64,000 nucleotides of DNA. Origin: Hypanus sabinus (taxonomy: Eukaryota). Both the position numbers and the translations under genes were made by a program. Of the stretch, positions 27,885 to 42,610 are shown in pieces (within the stretch, counting starts at the first letter, position 1; each line of letters opens with the position of its first letter). Under the pieces are notes generated by a model. It did no database searches. It worked only from the letters and a program-made list of their open reading frames with translations, and was not told where the DNA came from. Location: contig NC_082706.1 in NCBI RefSeq assembly GCF_030144855.1, positions 35,278,001-35,342,000 on the forward strand. The letters are read 5' to 3'.

Positions 27885-29395
27885 CACGGAGGGTGGGGAA
27901 GAAGTACAAGCTGGCAAGTGATAGGAGAAACCAGGTGAGGGAGAAGGTAGGTGGGTGGGGGGAGGGATGAAGCGAGAAGCTAGGAGGTGTCAAATGGACG
28001 AGGTAAAATGATGAAGAAGAAGCAATCTCGCAGGAGAGTGGACTACGGGAGCAAAGGAAGGAGTTGGGAACCAGAGGGAGGTGATGGGCAGGTGAGAAGT
28101 GAAGAATTCAGAGGAGAACCAGAATGGGGAGTGGGAAAAGAGAGGAGGAGGAAGTGGAATAAATCACTGGAAGTTAGAGAAATTAATGTTCATGCTGCCA
28201 GGTTGGAAGCCACCCAGACAGAAACTGAGCTGTTGCTCCTTCAACCTGAGTGTACCAATGGAGAGGCATGTTGGAATGGGAATGGGAAGTAGATTAAAAT
28301 AGGTGGCCATTGGGAAAGCCGCCTTTTGTGGTGGGCAGAGCAAAGGTGCTCAGTGAAGAGGTCTCCCAATTTATGTTGGGTCTCACTGATGTAGAGACTG
28401 GCTTTGGAGGCGGTGCAGAGGAGGTTCACCAGGTTGATCCCAGAGATGAGGGGGTTAGACTATGAGGAGAGATTGAGTCACCTGGGACTGTACTCACTGG
28501 AATTCAGAAGCATGAGAGGAGATCTTATGGAAATATATAAAATTATGAAAGGGAGAGTTAAGAGAGGCAGGAAAGTTACTTCCACTGGTAGGTGAAACTA
28601 GAACTAGGGGTCATAGCCACAAGATTCAAGGCAGTAAATTTAGGTCAGAGATTAGGAGAAACTGATTTTCCTAAAGAGTGGGGAATCTGTGGAATTCTCT
28701 GTCTAAAGAAGCAGTGGAGGCTACCTCAGTAAATAAATTTAAGCCAAGATTGGATAGATTTTTGCATAGTAGGGGAATTAAGGGTTATGGAGAACAGGCA
28801 GGTAGGTGGAGATGAGTCCATGGTCAGATCAGCCATGTTCTTATTGACTGATGGAGCAGGTTCGACGGGCCGGATGGCCTACTGCTGCTCATATTTCGTA
28901 TGTTCTTATTTTCCTATATCCTCATGATGTGGAGACTGTACATGAATGGCATAAGCATCACTTTCTCTAACTTCAGTGATTTCTCTCCCTCCCCTTCTCT
29001 CTTTTTCCATTCCCCATTCTGGTTCCCCTCTTGCCCCTCTTCTCCTCACCCGATCATCACCTCTCTCTGGTGCCCTTCGTTCTTCCATTTCTCCCATAGT
29101 CCTCACTTTTGTCCTATCAGATTCCTTCTTCTACATCCCTTTACCTTCTCCACCTATCCCCTCCCAGCTTCCCACTTCACTCCTCCCCCTTCCCCACTGC
29201 CCACCTTCCCTTTTGCCTGGTTTCACCTATCACTCGCCAGCTTGACCTCCTTCCCCTCCCCCACCTTTATTTTGGCTTCTTCCCCCTTCTTTTCTAGTCC
29301 TGATGAACGGTCTCAACTTGAAACATCAACTGTTCATTCCTCCCCCCATACTTGCTGCCTCACCTGCTGAATTCCTCCAGCATTTCTGTTTGTAG
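27885..29395. mobile_element. Inverted pair of Penelope 3' fragments with a CR1 3' end between them
   Basis: Minus-strand LYISETQHKLGDLFTEHL up to ~28395. CR1 EAVQRRFTRLIP at ~28400-28900. Plus-strand Penelope tail ending in a hammerhead-like motif at ~29296. Confidence 0.7.
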
Positions 29396-29821
29396 CTTAG
29401 TATTCTGTTGTGATTAGTTGAATATCTGAGGAAAAATCACATCAAGACACTGAATTTGGCGCTGAATTGCTGTCATTATTATGTTAGTGCAAAAAACAAT
29501 TACAATGAATGATTTAAATAAGGCAACTGAATGGCTAATGGAAATCCAAAAAAAATTGCAGATGCTGAAAATATGAAACAACACAGACAGTCTTGTAAAT
29601 GCTTAGCTGACATCTCTGAGACTGTGCTATGTTGTCTTAGGGTGCAGATGTCAGAAGGAGAAGCCAGCGCTCAGCTTGGAGAAGGCGAAGCTGGCAGACG
29701 AGCCGGAGAGGATTCAGAGGGGCTGACCCGGGTGCAGACCATGTCGCTGCCTGCCACTTGAAGGCATCGGAGTTGGTGCGTGCAAGCGGTGTGCAGTGCC
29801 TGTGAGTGGCTGTCTTGGACA

Positions 29822-30515
29822 TGTAAAGGGGGTTTCTTTTTTTTCTTTGTTACTGTTGGGAAAGGGTTTCCTTTTATTAACTAGCAGGAATGCTAATTTA
29901 CTGATAACGAGAATGGTATTCCTTTGTAAACCAAATGGGGATTAATGTTCTTTCTTCTGAGTCTGTAAGCTTTTGTTGACGGGCTTTAGGGCAGATCGGC
30001 ACGAGGGGGTCGAGAGAGAGGACGCAATGCTCTAAACTGGGCGAGGATCGGACCCCAAAGGGGGTCCGAGGCTGGGAGATTCTCCGAGGAGGGGGGGATG
30101 AAGCTAGATGTGCTTGGTTGACCACTCAGAGGGTCCTGAGCTGTTTGGAGAGTTGAGGAGTTCGGAGGGTCCTGAGCTGCGAGTCGAGGAGTTCGGAGGG
30201 GATCGAATGGTGGCCAGAAGACTTCAGTAATTGAGCTCCAACGGTTGTGCACGAAGTGGTTTGGACTTTGATAAGTTTGGCGCCTTTTCTTTAATTTTCT
30301 CTTCATATATACTGTATCGTTATTAATCACTTAGTTATAGTAACCTTTATAAATTGTACTCATTTAATCGCAAATGGTGTACTGTCTGTTTTTGGGCGAG
30401 GTGGGGACATCACACAGCATCCACACCAGCTGATTACCCAGTTTGGCGGGGCCGAAGGCTGCTCCCATAGACGAGAACGAGTGTGAGCGAGCCTGAGGCG
30501 ACCCAGGGGGTTACA
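29822..30515. mobile_element. Solo LTR of a third family (~694 bp)
   Basis: TGTAA...TTACA termini, 4-bp TSD GACA/GACG, CpG-rich, internal short tandem repeats (GGAGTTCGGAGGG / GGGTCCTGAGCTG). Confidence 0.75.
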
Positions 30516-31744
30516 GACGTTTCTCTTGCGATCGCAAGACCCTGTTGCACATTGATAATGTGAAATCCCGTAGGCCTTTTTCCGTTGTTTGTTGGTGAGA
30601 TAGGCAATGAGGTAGCAGCGTGGCCTCGGTTGTAGCGAGGACTAGGCCTCAAGAAGGCTTGCCAGTTGCTGCTGTTCAGGTGAGACAATGTGAGAGTTGG
30701 TGTAGCATGGAGTCCATGTTGGCCTCTCATGTCAGTGCTGCCCTCCAGTGTTTGACTGTTGGAATAACAGGCTGGATCGCTGGGAGTTGTACCATCCACT
30801 TGCATGTCGCTCAGGGATTTGGACTATATGCGTGTTTTCTTACATATTGGTGTGTGTTTTTATTTCTCTTTCTCACTATTTTGAATGTGCGTATGTACCT
30901 TGGTCCCAGAGGAACACTGTCTCAGTTGGTTGTATCCATGTATGGTTTGAATGATAATTAGACTTGATTTGATTTGACCTGATTGATCTGTGAAAGAGGA
31001 ACAGATGTTTCAGTTCAGTTTTGTCTGACAAAGGTTTTTCCATCTGAAACATTAACTACAACATACCTAATTTTGTTAATGACATAACGATAGGTGGCCA
31101 AGTGCAAGGAAACTGCAAAGAGCATGACAGATGAAATAATTTGGCAAAATGTAATCGATTAGGAAAATAGAAAAGCAGAATTGTTTTTTAAAGTTTCAGA
31201 TTGAAAAATGGTTTTTGATGTAATATGTTTGGGACCTTTTAAATGAAACACATAAGACCTTTATGAACTAAATATACAAACCTAAGGTCACATCTAGAGC
31301 ACCGAATGGATGTTTTGTCAGATTTCCTAAGGGAACATAGAGTTACTTTTGGCCACTGGACTGATTTATACAATAAAAGAATTGTACTACGAGGAGAAAT
31401 TAAGTTGACAAGCCCACAATTTTTGGTCATTAAAACATGTAATAAATTCTTCAGATTTTGGGGTGATGTTTCCCCTGACTGATGAGTCTAAAAGGAGGGA
31501 CCAGAATCTCAGAATAATACTTGGTCACTTAGGACCAAAGTGAGGAGAAAGTTCTTCAAAGAGTGTGAATCTGTGGAATTAGGTACCTCGTGGGTGCTCA
31601 ATCATTGAATAGTCCACTAAGATTGATTTTTAGATAATAATCTAAATAGGGATTATGCATTAAGGTGTTGAAAAACAAGAATCTTATTGAACGTTGAACC
31701 AACTCAATTACTGCTTTTATTTCTTATACATTTATATTTCTGTT

Positions 31745-31750
31745 TTTATT
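31745..31750 (-). terminator. MYL7 polyadenylation signal
   Basis: AATAAA 24 nt after the stop codon; a second AATAAA at 31721-31716. Confidence 0.65.
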
Positions 31751-31774
31751 GATGACAGCAGGTCCCCATTCAAT

Positions 31775-31879
31775 TTATGCTTCTTCCTTCTCATCTCCGT
31801 GTGTGATAATGTAACAGAGTGACTTGTAATCAATGTTTCCTGTAACATCAATAGGAGACACAGCAAACATCTGCTGAAC
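31775..31879 (-). CDS. MYL7: MYL7 exon 7 (last coding exon)
   Basis: [34 protein letters not shown]. The seven exons sum to 522 nt = 173 aa + stop. The ASRKA start, [10 protein letters not shown] and [16 protein letters not shown] motifs, plus position next to POLD2, indicate MYL7. Confidence 0.95.
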   Translation of the reverse strand, partial: VQQMFAVSPIDVTGNIDYKSLCYIITHGDEKEEA

Positions 31880-32328
31880 CTGTAGGAGCAAGGGACAAGA
31901 ACAAAGAGATTATAATAGTCAGAGGGAGAGACGTACACAAATAACAGGCTTGTATGGACATAGACACTTTCTTTTTCTGCTTCTAGTAGTATAGTAAGAA
32001 TAAAACAAAGATTAAGGATTTGGAAACCCCATGCTTTCCTACACATCTCACTGTCTCTTTTTATTTTAATAATCTCATAACTCATAACATTACAAAATCC
32101 CCAGTTTTTAAGTGTCAGCATCTAACTCGTAAAGAACTATCCACTGAAAGATAATTTTAGCTCTTCTGGAATGTACATCCTGTATTGTTAATATTCAGGG
32201 GCATAACTCTATTCCCTTAAGGGTTTATTTGTCCCATGAGATCATTCTGACTCTACCAAATGAGTTGGCAAAGCTTGTTTGAAACTCCCAGCATTCAAGC
32301 AAATGCATAATTCAGGGTAAGACCTCAC

Positions 32329-32377
32329 CTCTTCTGCACTGAACTTATCAGCCTGTGACATCAGCAGTGTTTTAAAT
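32329..32377 (-). CDS. MYL7: MYL7 exon 6
   Basis: (E)FKTLLMSQADKFSAEE; CAG/GTGAG boundaries. Confidence 0.93.
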
Positions 32378-33689
32378 CTGCAAAAACAAACAAAGAGATA
32401 CATATGGTTTTAATGTTCTTGCCAGACTGGGTTGTTAATGAAGTCACTTGACAGTTTGGACTTATTTTTGCTAAACTTTTAGTAGCGGTTGTTGTTCATT
32501 TTCACATTGGGCGGCATTTTTACTATTTCTGTAACATTTTGACTGTTTTTTTAACGAGGAAAAGTTGCTAGCTTGATGCTCAACCCAGTATGGGATGGAA
32601 AGCTTGTAAATAGCTGGCCAGATTTGAACTCGGAACCATTCACCTCAAAGTCCAATGCTGATGCCACTACACAACCGCTTGGCTATGATAGCAGTTAGCA
32701 CAACACGCCATTACAACTCAGGCCAGTCTGGAGTTTGCAGTTCAATTGCAGTGCTGTTCTGTAGCGAGGCTCTGTACATTGTAATGTGAAGGTTTTCTCC
32801 AGGTCCTCTGGCTTCCTCTCACAGTCCAAAGAAGTACCATATAGTTGGTCACGAACTTATCAATCACCCCTCGTATGTCTGGTCAGCTCTATCCTCGCTC
32901 CATACCAAGAGAATATTCTTGATCTCGGGATCACTGCTGGTTGTGAGATATTTCATGTTGGCAAATAATAAACAAGATCAATCTGTTCCAGGCAAATATT
33001 GAAGAATAGCTGGTGACCAGGATACTAGACTTCTCCTCCTCTTTTAACTATTACAAGAAAATTTACTGAGAATGCAAACGGGCATCAGTTTATTGCCCCG
33101 TGCAAAGATTTTGAATTGTTAATTTAAATAACATTAAACTCCACTGCCAACCTCTGCTGAATGGATTGAGCAGAATATTCTAACGTCTGGAGCTTCCACT
33201 TCTGGGTCAATGATGGGGGTCCTACATGAGAAGGAGTCCTTCTATGTTCATACCATTACGAACATAGAACATAAAACACTACGGCACAGTACAAGCCCTT
33301 CAGCTCATGATGTTGTAACAACCATCTCAGACCAGTCTAGCCCTTTCAAGTTCACCAAATGAAACAACTTGCAGTGACTTGCAGTCAGATGCCTTATGTG
33401 GTAACTTCTACTTTACAAAAGACCACTCGACAATGTTACGGCCAAAAGAACATCTTTACCTGGGACGGCAAATGATATTTACAGTACAGAGGCTTCCAGG
33501 TACCTCGTGCGGCATGGGCGGAGGAACCATACACAATGCATACTGGGAGTAAAAAGAGTGGAAGTAAAAACCCCACCAACCCTGGAACCCGCCTCTTGCT
33601 ACCAACAGTTTCCCAATTAGTATTAACTTACTGTTAATAATACATTACAATACCTTACAATTCTCGTACCATATAACCATATAACAATT

Positions 33690-34512
33690 ACAGCATGGAA
33701 GCAGGCCATCTCGGCCCTTCTAGTCCGTGCCGAATGCTTACTCTCACCTAGTCCCACCTACCTGCACTCAGCCCATAATCCTCCATTCCTTTCCTGTCTA
33801 TATACATTTCCAATATTTCTTTTAAATGACAAAATCAAATCTGCGTCTACCACTTCTACTAGAAGCTCGTTCCACATAGCTACCACTCTCTAAATAAAGA
33901 AGATCCCCCTCATGTTACCCTTAAAACTTTGCCTCTTAACTCTCAACTCATGTCCTCTTGTTTCAATCTCCCTTACTCTCAATGGAAAAAGCCTATCCAT
34001 GTCAACTCTATCTATCCCACTCAAAATTTTAAATACCTCTATCAAGTGCCCCCTCAACCTTCTACACTCCAAAGAATAAAGACCTAACTTGTTCAACCTT
34101 TCTCTATAACTTAGGTGCTGAAACCCAGGTAACATTCTAGTAAATTTCCTCTGTACTCTCTCTAATTTGTTGACATCTTTCCTATAATTCAGTGAGCAGA
34201 ACTGTACACAATACTCCAAATTTGGCCTCACCAATGCCTTGTACAATTTCAACATTACATCCCAACTCCTATACTCATTGCTCTGATTTATAAAGGCCAG
34301 CATACCAAAAGCTTTCTTCACCACCCTATCCAAATGAGATTCCATCTTCAGGGAACTATGCACCATTATTCCTAGGTCACTCTATTCTACTGCATTTCTC
34401 AATGTCCTACCATTTATCATATATGTCCTATTTTGATTATTCCTACCAAAATGTAGCACCTCACACTTATCAGCATTAAACTCCATCTGCCATCTTTCAG
34501 CCCACTCTTCTA
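33690..34512 (-). mobile_element. CR1 LINE 3' end
   Basis: ORF 33890-34366: KKAFGMLAFI...LYKALVRPNLEYCVQFCS...LERVQRKFTRMLPG. Confidence 0.9.
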
Positions 34513-35444
34513 GACTATGATGCAGCTGGTCAGGGCACTCTCAATGATGCTCCAGTTAAAATTGGCTAGAATGGAGATGTGGAGAGCCTTACGCCTCAAT
34601 CTCCTCAGGAAGTAAAGATGCTGCTGCGCTTTCTTGACCAAAGAAATGGTGTTGAGTGACCAGGTGAGACAATTGGATATGTACACTCCCAGAAATTTGG
34701 TGCTTCTAACTCTCCCCATGGAGAAGCTGTTTATGAGCTGTGTTCAGATTCCCTCAGAGTCAGGTTTAATATCACAGGACTACATTGCAAAATTTGTTGT
34801 TTTGCAGCAGTAGGAAAGCACAATACTTAATAAAAATACTATAAATTACAAGAAGAAATATATATATATAATAAGTAGTTCAAAAAGAGAACAAAAATAA
34901 TGAGGTAGTGTACATTGTCCATTCAGAAATCTGATGGTGGAATGGAAGAAGCTGTTCCTAAAATGTTAAGTGTGTGTCTTCAGGCTTCTTTACCTCCTCC
35001 CTGATGGTAGCAATGAGAAGAGGGCATGTCCTGGGTGATTGTGGTCCTTAATAATGGATGCCACCATTTTGAAGCATCGCTGTTTGAAGATGTCCTCGAT
35101 GCTGGGGAGGCCCGTGCTCATGATGGAGCTGACTGAGTTTGCAACTTTCTGTGGCTTTTTCCAATCCTGTGCAACATGGAACTGCTCACCCCTTCCACTG
35201 CTGATTCCTCGTTGAGGACCAGTGTTGGTTCTCTCCCCTTCCCCACCCTGAAGTCCACAATAAATTCCTTGGTCTTACTGACATTGGGTGCAAAGTTGTT
35301 GCTGCGACACCAGTCAACCAGCCGATCTATCTCACTCCTGTATGCCTCCTCGTCACCACCAGAAATTCCACCAACAATAGTTGCACCATCAGTACAACTA
35401 TGAGTCACTCCAGTTTTTTTCATTCGTGTTATTTTATAAGACTT

Positions 35445-38400
35445 TAAGACCATAAGACATAGGAGCAGATTCAGCCATTTGGCCCATTGAGGCTGCTCTG
35501 CCATTCAATCATGGCTCTCTTCTCCCTTCCTCAGCCCCACTCCCCAGCCTTCTCTCCATAACCTTTGATGCTGTGTCCAATTAAGAACCTGCCTAATAGC
35601 ATGACCTCCTGTGTCAGCAAGTACTCCATAACCTCATCCTTCACAATCGAACCCAACCACTGAGATCAGGCTAATTGGTCTATAATTCCCTTTTTGCTGC
35701 TTTCCTCCTTTCTTAAAGAGTGGAATGACATTTGCAATTTTCAAGTCCTCTAGCACCATGACAGAGTCCAATCATTCTTGAAAGATCATTTATAATGCCA
35801 CCACAATCTTTAATGCTACCTCTTTTAAAATCCTAGGGTGCAGTTCATCTGTTCTGGGTGACTTATGTACCCTTAGGTCTGTCAGCTTTTTGATCACCTT
35901 CTCCCTTGTAATAATAACTGCACCCACTTTTCTTCCCTCACACCCTTCGACATCTGGTATGCTGCTAGTGTCTTCCACAGTGAAAACTGATGCAAAATGC
36001 TGGTTTAGTTCACCTGCCATCTCCTTGACCCCTGTTATTATTTCTCCTGCCTCATCTTCGTCCTATATCCACTCTCATCTCTCATTTATTTTTACATACT
36101 TGAAAAAGCTTTTACTATCCACTTTGATATTCTTTGCTAGCTTGCTTTCATATTTCATCTTTCCCCCCCAATGATTCTTTTAGTCGCTCTCTGTAGGTTT
36201 TTAAAAGCTTCCTAATCCTCTATCTTCCTGCTAATTTTTGCTTTGTTGTATGCCCTTTCTTCTGCTTTTACAATAGCTTTGACTTCCCTTGTCAGTCACG
36301 GTTGTACTATTTTGCCATTTTGACAATTTCTTCGTTTTTGGATTACACCTATCCTGCACATTCTTCATTTCCCCAGAAACCCATGCCATTGCTGCTCTGC
36401 TGTCATCCCTACCAGCAGCTTCTTCAAATTTACTTTGGCCAACTCCTCTCTCAGACCACTGTAATTTCCTTTGCTCCATTGAAATACTGCTATGTCAAAC
36501 TTTGCTTTCTCCCTATCAAATTTCAAGTTGAGCTCAATCACATTGTAATCACTGTCTCTTAAGGGCTCTTTTACCTTAAGCTCCCTAATCGCCTTGGTTC
36601 ATTACAGAACACCCAATCCAGTATAGCTGATCCCCTAGTAGGCTCAGTGACAAACTGCTCTAAAAAGCCATCTCATGGGCATTCAACAAACTCACTCTCT
36701 TGAGATCCATTACCAACCTGATATTCCCAATTGACCTGCATATTGTAATCTCCCATGACCATCATAACGTTGCCTTCTGATACACCTTTTCTATTTCCTG
36801 TTGTAATCTGTGGTCTGCATCCCAGGAAACAGAAAACTTGTATCAAAAGGGCCACACCACCCCCTCTGCCTACCTTCCTATCCCTCCGAGGAATTATTTA
36901 AATGTGCCCAAGAAAACTCCCTTAATCAATATACAGAGGGCCCTACTAGAAAAGGTATCACTTTGGACCTCCTCATAAGGAATACAGAAGGGGTAGTGAC
37001 TGCAGCATCAGTCAGGGAGCACTTCAGATCTAGTGGCCATTATTCTATTAGAAGGGATGGGTCCACAAGTTAGGGTCCTAAACTGGGGCAGGGCCAGTTT
37101 TGGAGATTAGGAGGTGCAGAGGTCGATTGGGTTGTACTGTTTGCTGGTAAAGGGACAATGAGCAAGTAGGAGGCTTTTAAAAGTGCAACATCCAGAGTCA
37201 GGGAGTGGCATGTTCATGTTTGGGTGAAGGGCAAGGCTGGCAACTTCAGGGAGTTTTATGTTTACAAGTTGAGGGTCTCATTGGTAAAAAAAAAATTGAG
37301 GCATACATCAGGTGGAGGCAATTGGGACAAGTAAATCCTTTGATGCCTGTAAGTGCAGAAGTACACTTAAGAGGGAAATTAAGAGTGCATGAAGAAGGTT
37401 TTGGATGGATCTGGTCAGCAAGGTTAAAGAAAATCCCAAGAAATTCTAAAGATCTATTAAAAGGGCGGTTAAGGAGAGAATGGGTGCCTTAAAGAACAGC
37501 ATGGCTGTTTATGTGTGGAGTCTCAGGAGACGAGTAAGATTATTAGTCTTATTTGATTATATATCGGCTTTTACTGTTACAAAATGAGAAATGTGAGTAA
37601 TGATGTCTTTGGACCACATACAAATTACCTGGATGGGGATTTTGGCAGCCGTCACCCGGATCAAGGTGGGTAAATCCCCAGGACTTGACCAAGTGCATCT
37701 TTGGATCTTGTGGGAAGCTGGGGGAGAAATTGTGGAGGCCCTTGTCTAGATAATTGCTTCATCCTTAGCCGCAGGTGGAGTTCCAAAACAAACTGATGGT
37801 GGAAAATGTACCATTATCTAAGAAGGAAAGCCAAGACGAGCCAGGAAACTACAGGCTTCTGAGAGTATTCTGAGGGACAGGATGTAATGAACACAGCTTT
37901 GTGTGTAGGAAATCGTGTCTGGCAAATCGCTTAGATGTTTTTGAAATGCAAACTGAGAGGAGAGACAAGGGTAGAGTAGTAGTCATTATCTATAAGGACT
38001 TTAGCAAGGCCTTTGACGAGATCCTACACGGCAGGCCAGTCTGGAAACAGACTGCATGGAACAGAGGAACCTAGTACCAAGTTCCCTGAAAGCACGCAGG
38101 TAGCGAAGAAGGCATTTCATCAGATAGGACACTGAATACAGGGGTTGGGATGTTATGTCACAGCTGTACAAAACTTGTTGAGACTACATTTGGGGGATCA
38201 TGTAGAGTTTTGGACATCAGACCAAAAGAGTGAAGAGAAGACTTACAGGGCTGCTGCCAGGACTTGAGGCCTGAGTTATAGGGAGGGGTTGGGCAGACTA
38301 GAACTTTATCCCCTGGAAGAATGAGGGGTGACCTTACAGAGGTGTATAAAATCATGAGAGGAATAGATAGCATGAATGCACACTTTTCCCAGGGAAGGGT

Positions 38401-38470
38401 AACTAAATATTATAAGGCACAGGTTGAAGGTGAAAGGTGAAAATTTTCAAAGGAAACTGAGGGGCAACAA
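35445..38470. mobile_element. Cluster of CR1 ORF2 fragments (minus to ~36830, plus thereafter)
   Basis: MAGELNQHFASVFT...KSPRTDELHPRILKE, VMGDYNM..NW, LNQYTEGPTRKGITLDLL. Confidence 0.8.
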
Positions 38471-39174
38471 GTTGAACTGAAGGGCCCTTTTTCCATTCTC
38501 CATTACTTTATGCCACTTTAAGGGACTTTGTTGTACTCTGCGCTAATAACACATCAGAAATCTTAACTTTTTGATCCAATATTTGCCCTTGAACAAATAA
38601 AACACACTGTGCACATTGATAATATTATTACATGCATAGACCAGGGCCGAACTTTAGGATGAATTACGCAATGAGTGGATTGGTAGCAACATTTCCACCT
38701 CGCTGACAATCAACACTGGTGCACCACACAGATGCCTGCTTAGCCCACTGCTTTACTCTCTCTCTACCCATGACTGGGTGGCTAGGCACAGCTCAAATAC
38801 CATCTATAAATTTGCTGATGATACAAGTATTGATGCCAGAGTCTCTGATGGTGACGAGAGGGCATACAGGATGTACCAGCTGGTTAAGTGGTGTTGCAAT
38901 AACAACCTAGCACTCAATGTTGGTAAGACCAACGAGCTGATTGTGGACTTCAGAAAGGGTAAGACGAGGGAACACAAACCAACACTCGTACAGTGACCAA
39001 AAATGGAGAGAGAGAGCAATTTCAAATTCCTGGGTGTCAATATCACTGAGGATCTAGCCTGATTCCAACATTTCATTGCAACTATAAGAAGACAAGACAG
39101 TAGCTATATCTCATTAAGAGTTCGAGGAGATTTGGTTCGTCACCTAAAGCACTCTCAAATTCATCGCTAATTCA

Positions 39175-40680
39175 GCCTCCGAGGAAAGCCACCGCTACAG
39201 CCTGCAACCTGGTCATCTCAGAGGCTGAAGTACGCAGATGTTTCCAATGAGTGGACAGTCGCAAGGCTGTGGGATCAGACGGCATCCCAGGGCGAGTACT
39301 CAGGATGTGCACAGCACAACCGGCAGGTGTGCTTACAGATATTTTTAATCTCTCCCTCTCCCAGTTTAGAGTGCACACCTGCTTCAAATTATCCACCATC
39401 GTTCCTGTACCAAAAAAGACCAAGGTAACATGTCTGAACGACTGGCGTCCTGCCGCACTCACCTCAATAATAAGCAAATGCTTTGAGATGCTGGTCGAGG
39501 ATTACATCTGCAGCTTGCTACCACCCACACTGGACCCTCTACAATTCGCCTACTGACATAGCCGTTCAACAGATGATGCAATAGCCACTGCTCTACATAC
39601 CATCCTTACACATCTGGAGAAGGAGGATGCTTATGTGAGAATGCTGTTCTTGGACTACAGTTCAACATTCAACACCATAAGTCCATCCAGGCTCAACAAG
39701 AAGTTCAGAGACCTCGGCCTTCATCTGGAGCTGGATCCTGGACTTCCTGTCAGGTTGTAAAAGTGAGCTTCCTCACCTCCACCCCTCTGAGTCTCAACAC
39801 AGGAGCCCCTCGGGGCTGTGTACTGAGTCCCCTCCTTTACTCCCTGTATACCCACGACTGAGTCATCACCCACAGCTCTAATCTGCTAATCAAATTTGCC
39901 GATGACACTAATTGATTGGCCTAATTTTAAACAGTAAAGAGGTGGCCTACAGGGAAGAAGTCATCTCTCTGACACAGTGGTGTCAAGAAAACCTCTCCCT
40001 CAATGTTGCAAAAACAAAGAAGCTGGTTGTGGATTACAGGAGGAATGGAGTCGGGCTAACCCCTGTTGACATCAATGGATCTGGGGCTGAGAGGGTAAAA
40101 GCTTTAAATTCTTTGGCATCCACATCACCGAGGACCTTACGTGGTCTGTACACACCAGCTGTGTGGTGAAAAAGGCACAACAGGTTCACCTCAGGCTGTT
40201 GAGGAAGTTTGGTATGGGCTCCCCAAGTCCTAAAAACTTTCTACAGGAGCACAATTGAGAGCATCCTGACTGGCTGCCTGGTGTGGGAACTGTACTTCCC
40301 TCAATCGCAGGACTCTGCAGAGAGTGGTGCGGACAGCCCAGTGCATCTGTAGATGTGAACTTCCCATGATTCAGGACATTTACAAAGGCAGGTGTGTAAA
40401 AAGGGCCCGTAGGATCATTGGGGAACTGTCACCCCAACCACAAACTACTCCAGCTGCTACCACAGCATAAAAGCCAGAACCAACAAGCTCCAGTACAGCT
40501 TCTTCCACCAGACTGATTAACTCGTGCTGATTACTCTATGTTACATTGACTGTTGTATTTATTATAAATTATTATATGTTACTATGATTGCACATTGTAC
40601 ACTTAGACAGAGACATAATGTAAAAATTTTTACTCCTTATGTATGTGAAGGATGTAAGAAATAAAGTCGGTTCAGTTCAA
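39175..40680 (+). mobile_element. Rex1/Babar-like LINE (RT through 3' end)
   Basis: KAVGSDGIPGRVL, TCLNDWRPAALTSIISKCFE, LDPLQFAY, KFADDT, KKAQQ. Ends in a (GTTCA)n-like tail. Confidence 0.88.
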
Positions 40681-41494
40681 TTCAGATGTACTGTGCAGAG
40701 CATTCTGACTGGCTGCAGCACCACCTGGTATGGGCAGGGGGCGCTACTGCACAGGATCATAGCAAGCCGCAGGGTTGCAAAATTACTGTAGTCAGCTCCA
40801 TCATGGGCACTAGCCTCTGTAATACCCAGGACCTCAAAAAAGCAGCCTCCATCACCAAGGACCCCCACCACCCAGGACATGCCCTCTTCTGACTGATACC
40901 ATTAGTATGGAGGTACAGAAGCCCGAAGACGCCCACTCAAAGATTTAGAACAGCTTCTTCCCCTCTGCCATTCGATACCTCACAATTTTTAAAATTCCTT
41001 TTTTTGCACTACTCATCTTAATGTAACTATTTAAAATACATTTATAAACTTACTGTAACTCAGTTATTTTTGTATATTATCACGTATTGCATTGTACTGC
41101 TGCTTACAAACTTAACAAATTTCATGACACATGTGGATGATATTAAATCTGATTCTGATTCCGACTCTGGCCATGAGTACCTGATACAAATTTCCCAAAA
41201 GCAAGATTTCACCATGAATTGTACGTACAAACTACAAAATATGCCCAAAATTCCATACTTTTAAGCCTAAAAAGAGTTTGCAATTAGAATTTCCCGTGAA
41301 ATTTCTGGCTATTCGTCTGCATTTCAGTAATATGGCTTGAAGACCTTGTGCTGTCTTATTGTTATATTAGTTTTAGCGAGATTCCTTGAGGTTGGTTCCT
41401 ATTGGTCAATAATTGCACCCCCGCCTCGGTTTCTGCTCCCCCCTGTGATTCTCTTACCCATTTGTCCATGCCCACTAATCCTGCTCCCAGCACT

Positions 41495-41828
41495 AATCCC
41501 CAGAAGCAGTCAAATTGCTACACCTTGCCACGCACCTCCTCCATTCAGTGCCCCAATCCGTCCTTCCAGGTGAAGCAACACCTCACCTGCGAGCATGCTG
41601 GGGTCATCCATTGTGTCTGGTGCTCCCTCTGCGGCCTCCTCTGCATTAGTGAGACCCGTCGTAAATTGGAGGACCGCCTTGTCGAGCACCTCCACACTAT
41701 CTGCCGCAAGCAGGACTTCTTGGTGGACAAACATTTTAATTCTGATTCCTATTTCCACTCCGACATATTGGTTCATGGCCTTCACTTGTGCCGAGGTGAG
41801 GCCTCCCCTCAAGGTGGAGGAGCAGCAC
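41495..41828 (+). mobile_element. Penelope GIY-YIG endonuclease fragment
   Basis: CYTLPRTSSIQCPNPSFQVKQHLTCEHAGVIHCVWCSLCGLLCISETRRKLEDRLVEHL. Confidence 0.8.
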
Positions 41829-42531
41829 ATCATCAAGGACCCCCACTACCCAGGCTGTGCTCTCTTATCTCTGCTACCAGTTGGCAGGAGGTAAGTTAGG
41901 TTCCACACCACCAGATTCAGGAAAAGTTATTAACACTACAACCAGGCTTCTGGACCGCCATGGACAACTTCACTCTCCACAACTCTGAATTAACTCTACA
42001 CTCACTTTCAAGGACTCTTTGCAAAACTGTGTCATTTTTTTATTTGCACAACTTGTCCAATTTTGTACTTTGTTTGTTTGTCAGTCTTTGCTTATGTACA
42101 GTTTTTCACAAAATTCCATTGTATTCCTTTATTTCCCTGTAAATACCTGTAAAAAAATGAATCTCTAGGTAATATGTGGTAACATATACATACTTCGATA
42201 ATGAATCTTACTTTGAACCATCTTTTTCCTACCATACCAAATGTAGATTCTCTCTGATGTGACAGGCTTGTTGGAGGGCAGGGGACTGAACTCAACTAAT
42301 GCTACTGCAAAAATCAGGGAGGAAAGCTGTGAGTAAACCTTCAAAACAAGCATGGCCGATAAAAATATAAGTAAAGCAAAGGCTGTGACATACTTTGGCC
42401 TCATATAAAATACACTCTGATCTTCAGTCCCCAAATATCATGGGAAAATGCTAAACACTGAACTCACTTCCTTCTGCAGGGTCGTTGGGTGACTTTTATT
42501 TTAGCTCATGGTCTCGATGAGTAATACTCAC

Positions 42532-42610
42532 TCGTCCTTATTGACAGTCCCTGTACCTTGAGGATCAAATAGTTTGAATGCATTCAAAATGGTTTCTTCT
42601 GGATCAGTGC
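42532..42610 (-). CDS. MYL7: MYL7 exon 5
   Basis: (G)[26 protein letters not shown]; CAG/GTGAGT boundaries. Confidence 0.95.

Noticed and set aside
30125-30205. CRISPR-like or satellite repeat array
   Set aside because: Short imperfect tandem duplications internal to a solo LTR in a vertebrate genome; no spacer structure.
31732-32121. 129-aa minus-strand ORF
   Set aside because: Overlaps MYL7 exon 7 in a different frame; no recognisable protein.
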